From positions 1 to 64,000 of IMG/VR virus record IMGVR_UViG_3300031134_000007: a stretch of 64,000 nucleotides of DNA; one strand, written 5' to 3'. Below, one piece after another: positions 1-9,695 of the stretch. The notes under the pieces were generated by a model. It was not told the DNA's origin, ran no database searches, and saw only the letters and a program-made list of their open reading frames with translations. Position 1 is the first letter of the stretch, and the number at the start of each line of letters is the position of its first letter. This DNA is from a virus. Both the position numbers and the translations under genes were made by a program.

Positions 1-401
1 TAGATCAGTGCAGCACAGTGCAGGTTCTGGTCCTGCAGTGGGATTACGAAGAAGGTTGAGTTGAAGCCATCAGTTTCATACGGCTTACAGAACTCCTGCA
101 CCGCTTCGTTCGCGATCTTAAAGTTCTCAGAATAGGTCTGAGAAGAGAAGGTACGCGACATGCGGTTGTTCAGACCGAAGATCTTAGAGTTGCGATCCTG
201 GCCATCCTGCGGTTGAGCCTGAGCGGCGAAGCCCTGCGGCGGCTGCTGGAAAATCGGCTGCTGCTGAGCAGTACCCTGTGGCTGCTGAACCTGTGGCTGC
301 GGTTGCGGCTGAGCCTGAGGCTGCTGCTGTGCGTTCGCCTGGTTCAGTGCATCGGCCAGAGAGTTGTTAGATGACTGCGGCTGGTTGTCACGAGTTTTCA
401 T
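1..401 (-). CDS. chmA: Chimallin (phage nuclear shell protein), N-terminal part; runs off the left edge
   Basis: Translated by hand from ATG at 401: MKTRDNQPQSSNN...Q/P-rich...KIFGLNNRMSRTFS. The Q/P-rich disordered N-terminus and GLNNRMSR segment resemble 201phi2-1 gp105 (GINSQFTRS, recalled). It has an AAGGA RBS and an early promoter, and lies two genes from the DNA polymerase as in phiKZ-like phages. Confidence 0.75.
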   Translation of the reverse strand, partial: MKTRDNQPQSSNNSLADALNQANAQQQPQAQPQPQPQVQQPQGTAQQQPIFQQPPQGFAAQAQPQDGQDRNSKIFGLNNRMSRTFSSQTYSENFKIANEAVQEFCKPYETDGFNSTFFVIPLQDQNLHCAALI

Positions 402-486
402 ACTGCTTGTTCCTTTTTGGTGTTCAGCGGGATGACCGCCTATATTTAACATTCGCGAATGAAATTACCATGGTAATTACACCTAG

Positions 487-494
487 GTAATATA
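487..494 (-). promoter_or_regulatory. phiKZ-type early promoter core TATATTAC upstream of chmA
   Basis: Plus-strand GTAATATA; the flank GGGTTGTAAAAAGTTTGAA is nearly the same as at 49020. Confidence 0.75.
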
Positions 495-618
495 GGGTTG
501 TAAAAAGTTTGAATCTGTCTCCACTCGGCAACTAGGTGTTAACCTAGAGGAGAGATGCTATCTCACATAGTATAACTCACTATGTTTTTTATTACTGAAT
601 GCAATATCCGAGGTCGCT

Positions 619-1728
619 ATGTACACCTTATTCAGCACCGACATGCAACTTAACCACGGCGATATGATGAACCCGCAGATGAACCGTTTGCGAGACATTG
701 CCATGCTTAACCTCGGGCGTGCACAGGATTACTTTAGACAGAATACGTTCCATGTCCAAAACAATCACGTGCTCTGCCGGTTATTGAAACAAATAAAATT
801 ACCGGGCAAGCTTACACAATTATCGGCGCAAGATGTTCGTAAATACTACGATGAAGTTCGCTTGCGTGATTACCGTTTAGCCAATGCCGTGGGAATGACC
901 TCCAGTACCAGTTACGGTACCATCAGTAAATCCTGCTTCTACCCAGACAGTGTCATGGAAATCATTATCGCCACGACCACCACGTATGATGAAGCGTTGG
1001 GCACTGCCTGGTATGACATGGAACCGGTTCGTGTTCACCGACACCCTTACGACGTCGCCAACTACGGTCTGCTTGATAAACGCCAGATCATGGGTGGTAA
1101 CGGGATTGCGGTGATCAGTGTTAATGTACCGCTATTAGCCCTGCAGTGGTTGAAGTTCAATCAATGGGTAGCGGAAACCAATCCGAAGCCCGTTCCAACC
1201 ACTCAGCAGTTTGTGGCGTGCTACCCTATACAGAACCTGGTCAAGTCCCACAACGACATTGCCTTGATCAACCGAACCATTAAAGCTTACCGGGGTATCA
1301 AAGGACACAGCCTCAATCCCCGTCAACCGTTCTGGCTAATGGACGATATGACGTTAGCCGACACGGTAATCACCCAGAACATCAAAGAGCTTAAGCGCAC
1401 ACCCCGTTATTGGGAAGCTGTGTTGATGCTGATGCCAACCTTTACCCAATCCGGCTATAACGCCATCCGTTTACCGATTGACCTGGATGTACGTCAAAAC
1501 CGTTGGGCGTGGATCATTGCACGCAGCTGGCTCGTTGACTTCCTGTTAGAGGTAGAGTACTCCTTTAACCGGGGACGCAAAGAAGGCGCCTTGATCAACA
1601 GTGTGCTACACAGTCTTAACATCATCAAGAACGACAATACTTTTCGTATTGGTGGGATGCCACAAAGTATCGATCAAGTTATTACAAAAGAACTTGCCAG
1701 CATACGGGCACACATTAAAGACAAATGA
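619..1728 (+). CDS. Conserved jumbo-phage (probable virion) protein, phiKZ gp52-like by synteny
   Basis: 369 aa ORF with GAGG RBS, divergent from chmA; position between chmA and the DNA polymerase. Confidence 0.6.
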   Translation: MYTLFSTDMQLNHGDMMNPQMNRLRDIAMLNLGRAQDYFRQNTFHVQNNHVLCRLLKQIKLPGKLTQLSAQDVRKYYDEVRLRDYRLANAVGMTSSTSYGTISKSCFYPDSVMEIIIATTTTYDEALGTAWYDMEPVRVHRHPYDVANYGLLDKRQIMGGNGIAVISVNVPLLALQWLKFNQWVAETNPKPVPTTQQFVACYPIQNLVKSHNDIALINRTIKAYRGIKGHSLNPRQPFWLMDDMTLADTVITQNIKELKRTPRYWEAVLMLMPTFTQSGYNAIRLPIDLDVRQNRWAWIIARSWLVDFLLEVEYSFNRGRKEGALINSVLHSLNIIKNDNTFRIGGMPQSIDQVITKELASIRAHIKDK

Positions 1729-1736
1729 TTATCAGA

Positions 1737-1778
1737 CGGCAGGTCAGAGGGGTGTGACCCCCTCTGACCCTTATGCCG
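1737..1778. terminator. Bidirectional hairpin terminator
   Basis: GGTCAGAGGGG-TGTGA-CCCCTCTGACC followed by TTATGCCG, between convergent genes. Confidence 0.7.
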
Positions 1779-1780
1779 GT

Positions 1781-3892
1781 TTAGTGTTCGTCTGATACAA
1801 GGCGCGTTGCATTCGGATTCGTAAAGTATAAGCCTAACGATTCTAAGCAAGAGTACACCATCGCCAGGTTTTCCATAATCAGTCGACGGATGTTAATCCC
1901 CTGGATCACCTCAACAGGTAAACCCTGAGTCATAACAATGTCCGCTGGCAGAATCACCTGTGACAACTTGTCTTTACCGTACTTCACCATGAAGTCACGC
2001 ATACGTTGCGCAAATGCCTGGTCTTCTAACTCATCCAGCCATTCGTTCACAGCTGTACGCGACTCCAACCCTAACTTCGCCTTCAGGCCCAGATACTGCA
2101 GTTGCGGTGCAGGACCATACTTCGCAGCAAAGACTTCTTCCCACATCAGATAGTGGTAATAGTTGTTGCTCAAGGGTTTCGTGTACGAGTCCTTATCCTT
2201 GATGGTTGCTTTCGCCAAGAAGATCGGTTCGCCACTTTGAATCGAGTTGATGATAAAGCGCTCAATGTCACCGACCTGTTGCAGAAGGTCCACCACTGAG
2301 AACTGCTTGTTACTGTTGGAGTTATCCAGGATGTCGTTGATGATCTTGTTACCACGATCACGAATCTGTTTCGGCACGTTAGAGTTACGCAGGTGCACCC
2401 CTTTGAGTTCCAGCTTCGGCTTCGCATAGAAGTTGCCTTCACGCGCCGTCTGGGTAGCAAAGTAGTGTTTACCCATGTTGGTCAACACAAACGATTCGAA
2501 GTAGTATTCGTTCTTCATAGTCAAGCGGAACATCTGGTCTTCAGATACGCCGATGTTGCCCGACACGATCGCCAGCAGATGCACAACCTGCTGAGACACC
2601 AGGAATGTCACTGCCGCATTCACCTGAATACGCTCTTGACGCAGATCGTAGTTCGGTTCAATCCAATCCACCCACTCCTGCTCAGTAAAGATTGAGGAGT
2701 CAGTGTCTGACGCCAATACCACTTCACGCACATGGTGCGGCATCATGGCAATCGATGCAGGGGTGTTCGGGGTCACCAGGAAAGCACGAACATACGTACG
2801 GTACTTCTCGATGTTCTGCACAGACAGCTGGTAGTTCGCTTTCACCAGGCCTTTGATCTCTTCCGAGTTCTCAGACTCTTTGGTACCCACACGAATAATG
2901 TCTTCCGCACACTTCATCGTCGCCAGTACACGTGCATCACCATCTTTCAGTGCCACGTCTTCTGTGGTACCGACTTTGGTTTTCTCTGCAATGTCAACCA
3001 GCATCTGACGCACGAAGTCTGGGTTAACCACACGCATGTGATACATGTCACTGGTAAACATAAAGGCAGCACGTTCACCCGGGGTCATGTTACTGACCTG
3101 CTGATGAATCATCGCCATATAACGACGGTCTGACCAGTAACGACGTGAGCCACGATAGATACACGCAATGACTTGATCAACCGTTGGATACGCCAGGTTG
3201 AACTCGCGCATCGCCTGATCAATCAACTCGTAGTTCGAGTGCAGACAGATCGATGCCATGTTCTCCATCACAATCTCAGGCGAGTGATAGTGACGGTTAC
3301 CAGCCAGGAACTTCTCGTTGAAGGCATTGGTCGATGAAGTTGCTGAACGACAGCATGACGTCAACGAACTGTGTGCCGAACGACAATAGAACGGTGTAGA
3401 AGCGGTACAGAACCCGCCGGACATTCCGTTGTTGGTCAACTTACGCCCGGTCTGCATGATGTCTTTAATCTGTGCTGTGGTGACGTCACCACGCTGCTCA
3501 GCCAAGAACATCTCTTTCTTAATGACTTTACGTGCTTTGATGTTGTTGTCAGTGGATACCGCGTACTGGGATACTTTTTCTTTTGGGTTCAGGTACGCTG
3601 TCAATGACGGACTCAGGATCGCCTGACGTTTATCCACTGCATTGAGAAACTTGTTAAAGGTTGTGAACTTCAATTCACGGTCGCCGTTCTTACCCCGAAT
3701 CAAAATACGTACACGGGGGTCGATCACCCCATGCTTACCACCAGGTGCAGTGACACGGGTTACAAACTCACGTGTCTTCTCCATCGGCTCATTGAAAAGC
3801 AGCGACAGTGATTTGGCTTTATTCTCACAATAGTGATGATGAATACGCAAGTCACGCTTGTACTCGCTAGCCTTGTTAACGAATAATTCCAT
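1781..3892 (-). CDS. Family B DNA polymerase subunit (phiKZ gp50-like split polymerase)
   Basis: 703 aa; motif B-like KLTNNGMSG, motif C LASDTDS and KHY...LELKGV. Confidence 0.85.
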   Translation of the reverse strand: MELFVNKASEYKRDLRIHHHYCENKAKSLSLLFNEPMEKTREFVTRVTAPGGKHGVIDPRVRILIRGKNGDRELKFTTFNKFLNAVDKRQAILSPSLTAYLNPKEKVSQYAVSTDNNIKARKVIKKEMFLAEQRGDVTTAQIKDIMQTGRKLTNNGMSGGFCTASTPFYCRSAHSSLTSCCRSATSSTNAFNEKFLAGNRHYHSPEIVMENMASICLHSNYELIDQAMREFNLAYPTVDQVIACIYRGSRRYWSDRRYMAMIHQQVSNMTPGERAAFMFTSDMYHMRVVNPDFVRQMLVDIAEKTKVGTTEDVALKDGDARVLATMKCAEDIIRVGTKESENSEEIKGLVKANYQLSVQNIEKYRTYVRAFLVTPNTPASIAMMPHHVREVVLASDTDSSIFTEQEWVDWIEPNYDLRQERIQVNAAVTFLVSQQVVHLLAIVSGNIGVSEDQMFRLTMKNEYYFESFVLTNMGKHYFATQTAREGNFYAKPKLELKGVHLRNSNVPKQIRDRGNKIINDILDNSNSNKQFSVVDLLQQVGDIERFIINSIQSGEPIFLAKATIKDKDSYTKPLSNNYYHYLMWEEVFAAKYGPAPQLQYLGLKAKLGLESRTAVNEWLDELEDQAFAQRMRDFMVKYGKDKLSQVILPADIVMTQGLPVEVIQGINIRRLIMENLAMVYSCLESLGLYFTNPNATRLVSDEH

Positions 3893-3997
3893 GGAATATC
3901 CTTACGGCCGAAAATGGTCTCTATTGGATAGCCCAACAATGTCAAAAAATAAATGCTGGGCATAAAAGAAAACCACGGGAGCCTAAGCCCCCATGGT

Positions 3998-4408
3998 TCA
4001 ATCCACCAATTTCACCACGGCATTCGGATAGCCATTGGATTCCAATGCGGCTTTCACGATGGCGATGTCATTGGTACCCACGTCTGGAATATCTACCGTG
4101 ATGCGATTGCGTTGCTTCGCGACGATAGAGGCTTCCTTGATCCATGGAATACCCAGCATGACAATCGACCCACTTTCTTTCATCACACGGATGTAACCGT
4201 ATGACGATGGATCGTCAGCAATACCTTTACCTTTAATGAGCGGGTACAGATTCTGGTGTTTGGCTTGAACATCCAGCCCCAGATCCTGCGCTGTTTCCAT
4301 ATCCAGATCAGCCATGATCTTGGCGTTCGTAAATCCACTGGTTAAGATCTCAGGTGCCTCAACGATGAAATCCACCGTGGCCCCTTTGACCAGTAACTCA
4401 TACCCCAT
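3998..4408 (-). CDS. Conserved hypothetical protein (phiKZ gp49-like by synteny)
   Basis: 136 aa ORF directly upstream of the polymerase. Confidence 0.6.
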   Translation of the reverse strand: MGYELLVKGATVDFIVEAPEILTSGFTNAKIMADLDMETAQDLGLDVQAKHQNLYPLIKGKGIADDPSSYGYIRVMKESGSIVMLGIPWIKEASIVAKQRNRITVDIPDVGTNDIAIVKAALESNGYPNAVVKLVD

Positions 4409-4748
4409 GTTGACATCCCCCGACAGTATACATTAACCGCTGATCCACAACTAAGATGATGGTCCAGAAGTCTGGGCCGTCCACCAATAACCCCGAGACA
4501 GCGATTACCGGTACGTTGTGGAGTAACAGCAGTTCGTTCAGTGCTTCATAAAATGGCTGATACAGGCTTTGGTAGTCGGGATCAACATCGACAATGTTCA
4601 CCCGCTCGGTGCATTGACGAAACAGTTCATACACCACGTCATTGATCACCCCCATGTTAATGCTTTCAGAGAGGTGGTCGGTGGCAACAACTTGTTTGAC
4701 GGCGTTGAAGACCCGATCAAAAGCTGGTGTGCGTAAGGCTAGAATCAT
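4398..4748 (-). CDS. Hypothetical protein
   Basis: Part of an overlapping operon; start MILALR chosen from a GGGG RBS-like element. Confidence 0.55.
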   Translation of the reverse strand: MILALRTPAFDRVFNAVKQVVATDHLSESINMGVINDVVYELFRQCTERVNIVDVDPDYQSLYQPFYEALNELLLLHNVPVIAVSGLLVDGPDFWTIILVVDQRLMYTVGGCQHGV

Positions 4749-5148
4749 AGTAACCCCAATGTGATCGAATCGACTGAGTAACCGCAACACGGAGAGAATC
4801 TATCGTGGGGTCATCTGGCACTTCACTGTGTATAAAATACCCGATGGTTCCAACGAACCCACAACATACCCATTTACCGTGTACCTGGGGAAAGAGAGAT
4901 TCCACCAGTGGCTTCAGGCGATAATAGCTTAATCTGACTAAGTGACGATCGTGAATATTGAGGTCCTTACAGTCGCAGAAGTAATCCACCATGTAATCTT
5001 CGTACCCGGTTGGGTTATCGGGTGCTTCCCGATTACCGAGCAAGAAGTCAATGATATCTTCGTACGTCACACACGCATCTTCCATCTGTGTCAGCTCACC
5101 CATGAGCCCTGAAACTATTGGGGCAAAGTCGTGTACGAATACACGCAT
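4717..5148 (-). CDS. Hypothetical protein
   Basis: 143 aa ORF in the overlapping operon. Confidence 0.6.
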   Translation of the reverse strand: MRVFVHDFAPIVSGLMGELTQMEDACVTYEDIIDFLLGNREAPDNPTGYEDYMVDYFCDCKDLNIHDRHLVRLSYYRLKPLVESLFPQVHGKWVCCGFVGTIGYFIHSEVPDDPTIDSLRVAVTQSIRSHWGYYDSSLTHTSF

Positions 5149-5543
5149 GATTGATCATCCATCGATTCAAAGATCATTGTAACCACACCGCTGCTGTACT
5201 TGGCCTCGATCAGGCGAGCGGGCAACGGCATTCGGGATTGCTCGATTGCGATGCGATAGTCGCTGTACAACAACAACGCGATTTGTTCACAAACAAAGAT
5301 CACGACATGGTGCGTTTCATAAGAGTAGTTAGACAAATGCTCATTGCAAAGCTGTTCGATACTCTTAGTTTGTGTGGCACTAACCAACTGATTGATGGTC
5401 AACTGGTTAAGCGCCATATACACCAACAGATTTATATCGAGCTCACCCACGCTCATCAGGTGACGTCGAACAATCTGGTGCATGGCCTCGTCACGCTGAG
5501 GTGTGACTGGAAAGACGATGGCGTTCACTTCATGCCTGGTCAT
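5115..5543 (-). CDS. Hypothetical protein
   Basis: Start MTRHEV preceded by GGAGGTG. Confidence 0.6.
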   Translation of the reverse strand: MTRHEVNAIVFPVTPQRDEAMHQIVRRHLMSVGELDINLLVYMALNQLTINQLVSATQTKSIEQLCNEHLSNYSYETHHVVIFVCEQIALLLYSDYRIAIEQSRMPLPARLIEAKYSSGVVTMIFESMDDQSCVYSYTTLPQ

Positions 5544-5904
5544 TCTCACCTCCAAACTCAATAAGCAACGTCCAGCTCTCCTGATCAAAGGCCAGCTCAC
5601 GAATCAAACCAGGATGCACGTCACCGTACACCCGGCCCAGCTGCGCCAACAGCCCCACCAAAGCTTGCATGTTATCGTGGAGTTGTTGTTGAGCTATTGG
5701 ATCCAGTGCGATCATGCTACCGTTGATGTAGTTGTCCAACACCACATCTTCGTCACCCGCACTGTTGTGTATTGACTTATACATTGTCAACGCGGTCATC
5801 ATGAAGTGGTGAAACGGACCCACCAGACGGGCCGGTGATAAACCGTAGTAGTTCGTAATCTGCGGAGAGAACCCCCGCAGGTCCACAATAAAGAACGGAC
5901 CCAT
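5530..5904 (-). CDS. Hypothetical protein
   Basis: Start MGPFFIVD preceded by GAGG. Confidence 0.6.
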   Translation of the reverse strand: MGPFFIVDLRGFSPQITNYYGLSPARLVGPFHHFMMTALTMYKSIHNSAGDEDVVLDNYINGSMIALDPIAQQQLHDNMQALVGLLAQLGRVYGDVHPGLIRELAFDQESWTLLIEFGGENDQA

Positions 5905-5911
5905 GTTGACC

Positions 5912-6337
5912 TCACACGTATTCAAGCCGCACAGTGTGCGATGCATCGTCTTGTGTTACCATGACAATATCACCCACTTGCTGCAATACCGGGATTAATG
6001 TACGCGCTACGTACACACGGTTGTTAGTGATAAAGTCGCAAAAGCCGGCTACCACACTTGACTGCATATACTGGATAAAGTTCGGATCATTCACCAACGG
6101 GGTGACCACGCAATCTGGGTTGCCATCAACACCCAGTTCTTTATCCACCCACTCCATCAGTGAGCCGTAATCGTAATCGGCTTTTCCGATGGAGTTAAAC
6201 AGCGTGTTGGTGTAAGCATCAAACAGCATTGTGTGGGAGAAGATCCCCAGGATGTTGTTTGGGTTGGTCCAGATGAAGGTGTTCAGGTCAACGATAAACT
6301 GGTTGGGCAAGTAGCTACGTTTACCATACGGGTGCAT
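5912..6337 (-). CDS. Hypothetical protein
   Basis: 141 aa, GGAGGAG RBS, abuts the upstream stop codon. Confidence 0.65.
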   Translation of the reverse strand: MHPYGKRSYLPNQFIVDLNTFIWTNPNNILGIFSHTMLFDAYTNTLFNSIGKADYDYGSLMEWVDKELGVDGNPDCVVTPLVNDPNFIQYMQSSVVAGFCDFITNNRVYVARTLIPVLQQVGDIVMVTQDDASHTVRLEYV

Positions 6338-6697
6338 TTACTCCTCCTCGTCTAACACCAACGTCACAACCACAGCGTACCCTTCCAGCGTGCATTGGGT
6401 CTTTACACACTGGGTGTCAGACGCGTGATGCATCATGTCGCGAATAACCGGCGCCAGTTGTTCTTTCAACTCCTGGGCAACTGCATTACTCATCACAGAC
6501 GCGTCACGCAAACTGATGGGTTCACCGTACTCGGGGTATTCCAGGATTGGGTCAACGTAATGCTTGTCAACGGCATGGACTGCCCCAGCTGCAACAATGG
6601 CGTGTAGATTGTCCTCGGACAGGTTAGGGTAGCGGATTTTGTAGCGGGCAACGATGCCGCCACAGTCAATGACATACACCTGATTATGTTCAGACAT
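6338..6697 (-). CDS. Hypothetical protein
   Basis: Start MSEHNQ overlaps the upstream gene end. Confidence 0.6.
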   Translation of the reverse strand: MSEHNQVYVIDCGGIVARYKIRYPNLSEDNLHAIVAAGAVHAVDKHYVDPILEYPEYGEPISLRDASVMSNAVAQELKEQLAPVIRDMMHHASDTQCVKTQCTLEGYAVVVTLVLDEEE

Positions 6698-7037
6698 ACG
6701 GGTCAATTCCTAACTGAATAAAAATGTTGTATGTCGCATCGATGACTATCCGATGCCGACCCCAACTGCGCCATTCAGGTTGCGTGTTATTCATGTAGAA
6801 TAAATGAATCTCCTGGCCAGTCACTTGTACAAACTTTTCGACCGTGTCCTTTGGCGTACCCAGCCCCACCAGGTAAGACGAAGGACCGATAACGTCAAGC
6901 TCGGACTCGATACCTACCGCTGATTCTGACACGAACTGCAACAGGTCTGTTAACGCATAACGGGTTATGGGGTTATCCAACATCTCTTTGGTGAACCAAC
7001 GAAACAAGGTCGGTTTCATGTCAATGTTCAGATACAT
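6690..7037 (-). CDS. Hypothetical protein
   Basis: 115 aa ORF in the operon. Confidence 0.6.
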   Translation of the reverse strand: MYLNIDMKPTLFRWFTKEMLDNPITRYALTDLLQFVSESAVGIESELDVIGPSSYLVGLGTPKDTVEKFVQVTGQEIHLFYMNNTQPEWRSWGRHRIVIDATYNIFIQLGIDPYV

Positions 7038-7046
7038 AACGGCTCA

Positions 7047-8381
7047 CTAATTGGTGTACAGCGGTATTGCGGACAATGCCACGTCAGCGGGTTTACTGCC
7101 ATCGTAAATCGGCATGCGCTGAACGCTACCGTTATTACCGGTTAAGCTGTCCACATAATCGCTCAACAGTAAACTCAGTATGATCACTGGGTTCGTTAAC
7201 TCGGTTGGGTTAACACCGTTGAACTTGTACCACTGGGTGGAGTCACTGATGGATTGGTGTAGATTATCGTTCAGGTATGTTTGCTTGAACACGTCAGGTG
7301 CGACGCTCTGGATCTCGCGCTGATCGAGCTCACTGACTTTATTACGCTTCACAATGCGGTTGCGTACTTCGATCAGTGTGGCGATGACTTGTTCTTGCTG
7401 TTGGTTAACTGCTTCAACCGATCGGCGTTGCAGGTTGCGCTGCAGACTGTCGAACGAGTGCTGAACGATGATCTGGTGCTCTTGTTGCTTTTCACTGATC
7501 AGGTTGAACCGCACGGGCAGTGAAGCATTGACTTGGCGGATAACCTGCTCCACGTATTTCAACACTTCCACGCTGCGGTACTTGATAACCACATCCCCCT
7601 GATTGCGACCCGCTTGTATTAACATGTTGTAAAACTGCATTAACATGTCGGGTACTTTACCCAGTAGTTCATTCAAGTGACGTTCAGCCGCAGGTCCTTC
7701 TGCTTCATGTGCATCTGCGTTGATCACTAACGTTTGTTCCGTCTTCTGTGCGATGCGTGGCATCAACCCGACTTCAAAGTTAATGTGATCAGCTTCGGTC
7801 ACCAGTTCGAGTGGGTTGGCGTATTTGATAGTCGCTTTATCCTGGCGACTGTACACCACACCGTTTCCGCTGTATTCAAACCACCACTCGTAGTCCTTCA
7901 TGCTGCCAAGGTAACGGTTGATCTCATTACGCAGATGACACGCCACATTGTTCAGTGTAACGTTGACGAAGTTCACCAACCAGCTGACGTAATGTTGACC
8001 ACCTTGTACCCGGTACACTGTACGTGATTCAGGGATAGCGGGTAAGCGACCGCCCAGCGGCACGTCAATCAGTTGCCTTGCGTTACTCAGGTAACTGTCG
8101 TCAACCAACACCCAGTTCGTACCACGATGTGCCCATAGTTTAGCTTTGGCTGTTTCCATGATAGCCGAGCCGTTGTAAATCATAGTCAGTGCTTTCTGCA
8201 CTGTGTTATCAATGTTCGCCCACGCAAACATTTCGTTGAAGACTTCTTCGTGTACAGCAGCAAACAACATACACGCTTGACCGTGATTCATTGGTTTGCC
8301 GTTAACCCACGGAGCAGAAAATGCAATGGCAGCTAAATGTTCGCCCGTAGAGATAACGAACGTGTTTGAGTTATAGTTCAC
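7047..8381 (-). CDS. Hypothetical protein with a coiled-coil region
   Basis: 444 aa; GTG start with GGGAG RBS; first gene after the promoter at 8465. Confidence 0.7.
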   Translation of the reverse strand: MNYNSNTFVISTGEHLAAIAFSAPWVNGKPMNHGQACMLFAAVHEEVFNEMFAWANIDNTVQKALTMIYNGSAIMETAKAKLWAHRGTNWVLVDDSYLSNARQLIDVPLGGRLPAIPESRTVYRVQGGQHYVSWLVNFVNVTLNNVACHLRNEINRYLGSMKDYEWWFEYSGNGVVYSRQDKATIKYANPLELVTEADHINFEVGLMPRIAQKTEQTLVINADAHEAEGPAAERHLNELLGKVPDMLMQFYNMLIQAGRNQGDVVIKYRSVEVLKYVEQVIRQVNASLPVRFNLISEKQQEHQIIVQHSFDSLQRNLQRRSVEAVNQQQEQVIATLIEVRNRIVKRNKVSELDQREIQSVAPDVFKQTYLNDNLHQSISDSTQWYKFNGVNPTELTNPVIILSLLLSDYVDSLTGNNGSVQRMPIYDGSKPADVALSAIPLYTN

Positions 8382-8464
8382 GGCTTTTGACTCCCTTGTT
8401 ACCCTTTTACATAAAAGGACTACGCCCTATGTAATAGGTCATACATGTTAGGTTATACACAGTA

Positions 8465-8472
8465 GTAATGTA
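8465..8472 (-). promoter_or_regulatory. Early promoter variant TACATTAC
   Basis: One mismatch to TATATTAC, AT-rich upstream flank, just downstream of a terminator. Confidence 0.5.
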
Positions 8473-8490
8473 GGAACAAAATTATTTAAA

Positions 8491-8527
8491 CGGCATAAAC
8501 CCCCAGGACGAACCTGGGGGCTATGCG
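8491..8527 (-). terminator. Hairpin terminator after phuZ
   Basis: CGGCATAAA-CCCCCAGG-ACGAA-CCTGGGGG-CTATGCG. Confidence 0.65.
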
Positions 8528-8625
8528 CGAAAGGTAATGGATCAGGTCGCCCCCAGCCAGAAGCGCTAATCAACCCACTGAGAAGGATATAACTCAATCG
8601 GTCTTTACATTACATATAATAGCCG

Positions 8626-9609
8626 TTAGACGACCATACCGTTGTTGTCAACGCTGTCGTCGGTACCCAGCACTGACTCAATGGTGTGCTGAGAACGTTG
8701 CGCATCGCGAATACGACGCAGAGCAGATTCCAGCGAATCGAAGGCAGGTTTCACCGGCTTGGCATGCACAACGTAGTGCAGGGTTTTACCGTAGTACGGG
8801 TTTTCACGTGGCAGTTCTGAACGGATACCGTCGGTAGAGTAAGACGGGGTTACCGGCAGGTATTCACGTTCTGCATCCGGGTAGATCGACGCCATGGTTA
8901 CCGGCGCTGCACCTGTGATTGTTGCCAGGTCTTCAGCACCAATAAAGACTTCCAGCGCAACCAGCTGTGCCGGGATCTCTTTACGGACGTTGGTCCAGTT
9001 CAGCAGGTTGATGATGTCTTTGTTGTCAATGATGGTGTTATCACTGTCCAACAGGTTCAGCAGGCTTGGTAGCAGACTGCGCACTTGTTGATCAACATCC
9101 GCCTGACTGTTGTGCTGGTTTACTTCGAAGTAGGAGAAGACCACCGGTACTTTGTTTGCCTGCTGAATACCCGCGAGCGACTTCAGGGTATTGACAGAGT
9201 TCTGCGCCTGGGTTTCATCGCCGATAGAACCGATCACCAGTGCGATGACTGGGGCTTTACGTTTCAGCAGTTCACCGACCAGCACCGGACCGATCACTGA
9301 ACCAGAGCCACCGCCTGCGGTGAAGATCACGATGTTGTAATCTTCCGCTGGGTGTTCGGCCAGGATTTTATCCATGGAGGCAACAACTGGCTTATAGTTG
9401 TGGTCACGTTGTTTGCCTGAACCGTCTGCACCGGTCAGCACGAACTTAGACGACTCCGACATGTTCGGCGTCATGTTTTTGTTTGAGGTATCCAGGCGGG
9501 ATACTTTGGTGTCAGAGAAACCCTTGACATTAACGTAGTCAGTCAGGTCAGCAGTAATGCTAATTGCACCGCCGCCACAAGCATAAATACGCGTAATACG
9601 TTTAGACAT
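8626..9609 (-). CDS. phuZ: PhuZ phage tubulin
   Basis: N-terminal YACGGGA, DTS, GSG and tubulin signature GGGSGS; 327 aa; jumbo-phage context. Confidence 0.92.
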   Translation of the reverse strand: MSKRITRIYACGGGAISITADLTDYVNVKGFSDTKVSRLDTSNKNMTPNMSESSKFVLTGADGSGKQRDHNYKPVVASMDKILAEHPAEDYNIVIFTAGGGSGSVIGPVLVGELLKRKAPVIALVIGSIGDETQAQNSVNTLKSLAGIQQANKVPVVFSYFEVNQHNSQADVDQQVRSLLPSLLNLLDSDNTIIDNKDIINLLNWTNVRKEIPAQLVALEVFIGAEDLATITGAAPVTMASIYPDAEREYLPVTPSYSTDGIRSELPRENPYYGKTLHYVVHAKPVKPAFDSLESALRRIRDAQRSQHTIESVLGTDDSVDNNGMVV

Positions 9610-9695
9610 GATGCAACTCCTGGGTAATTTCTATGATAGGTGTAGGTTCAACATATATATTGTTGGGTATGTATTGCATTACTAAAGAGGTAGCA

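Noticed and set aside
215-335. CTG/TGC-rich repeat-like DNA
   Set aside because: Explained by the Gln/Pro-rich N-terminus of chimallin.
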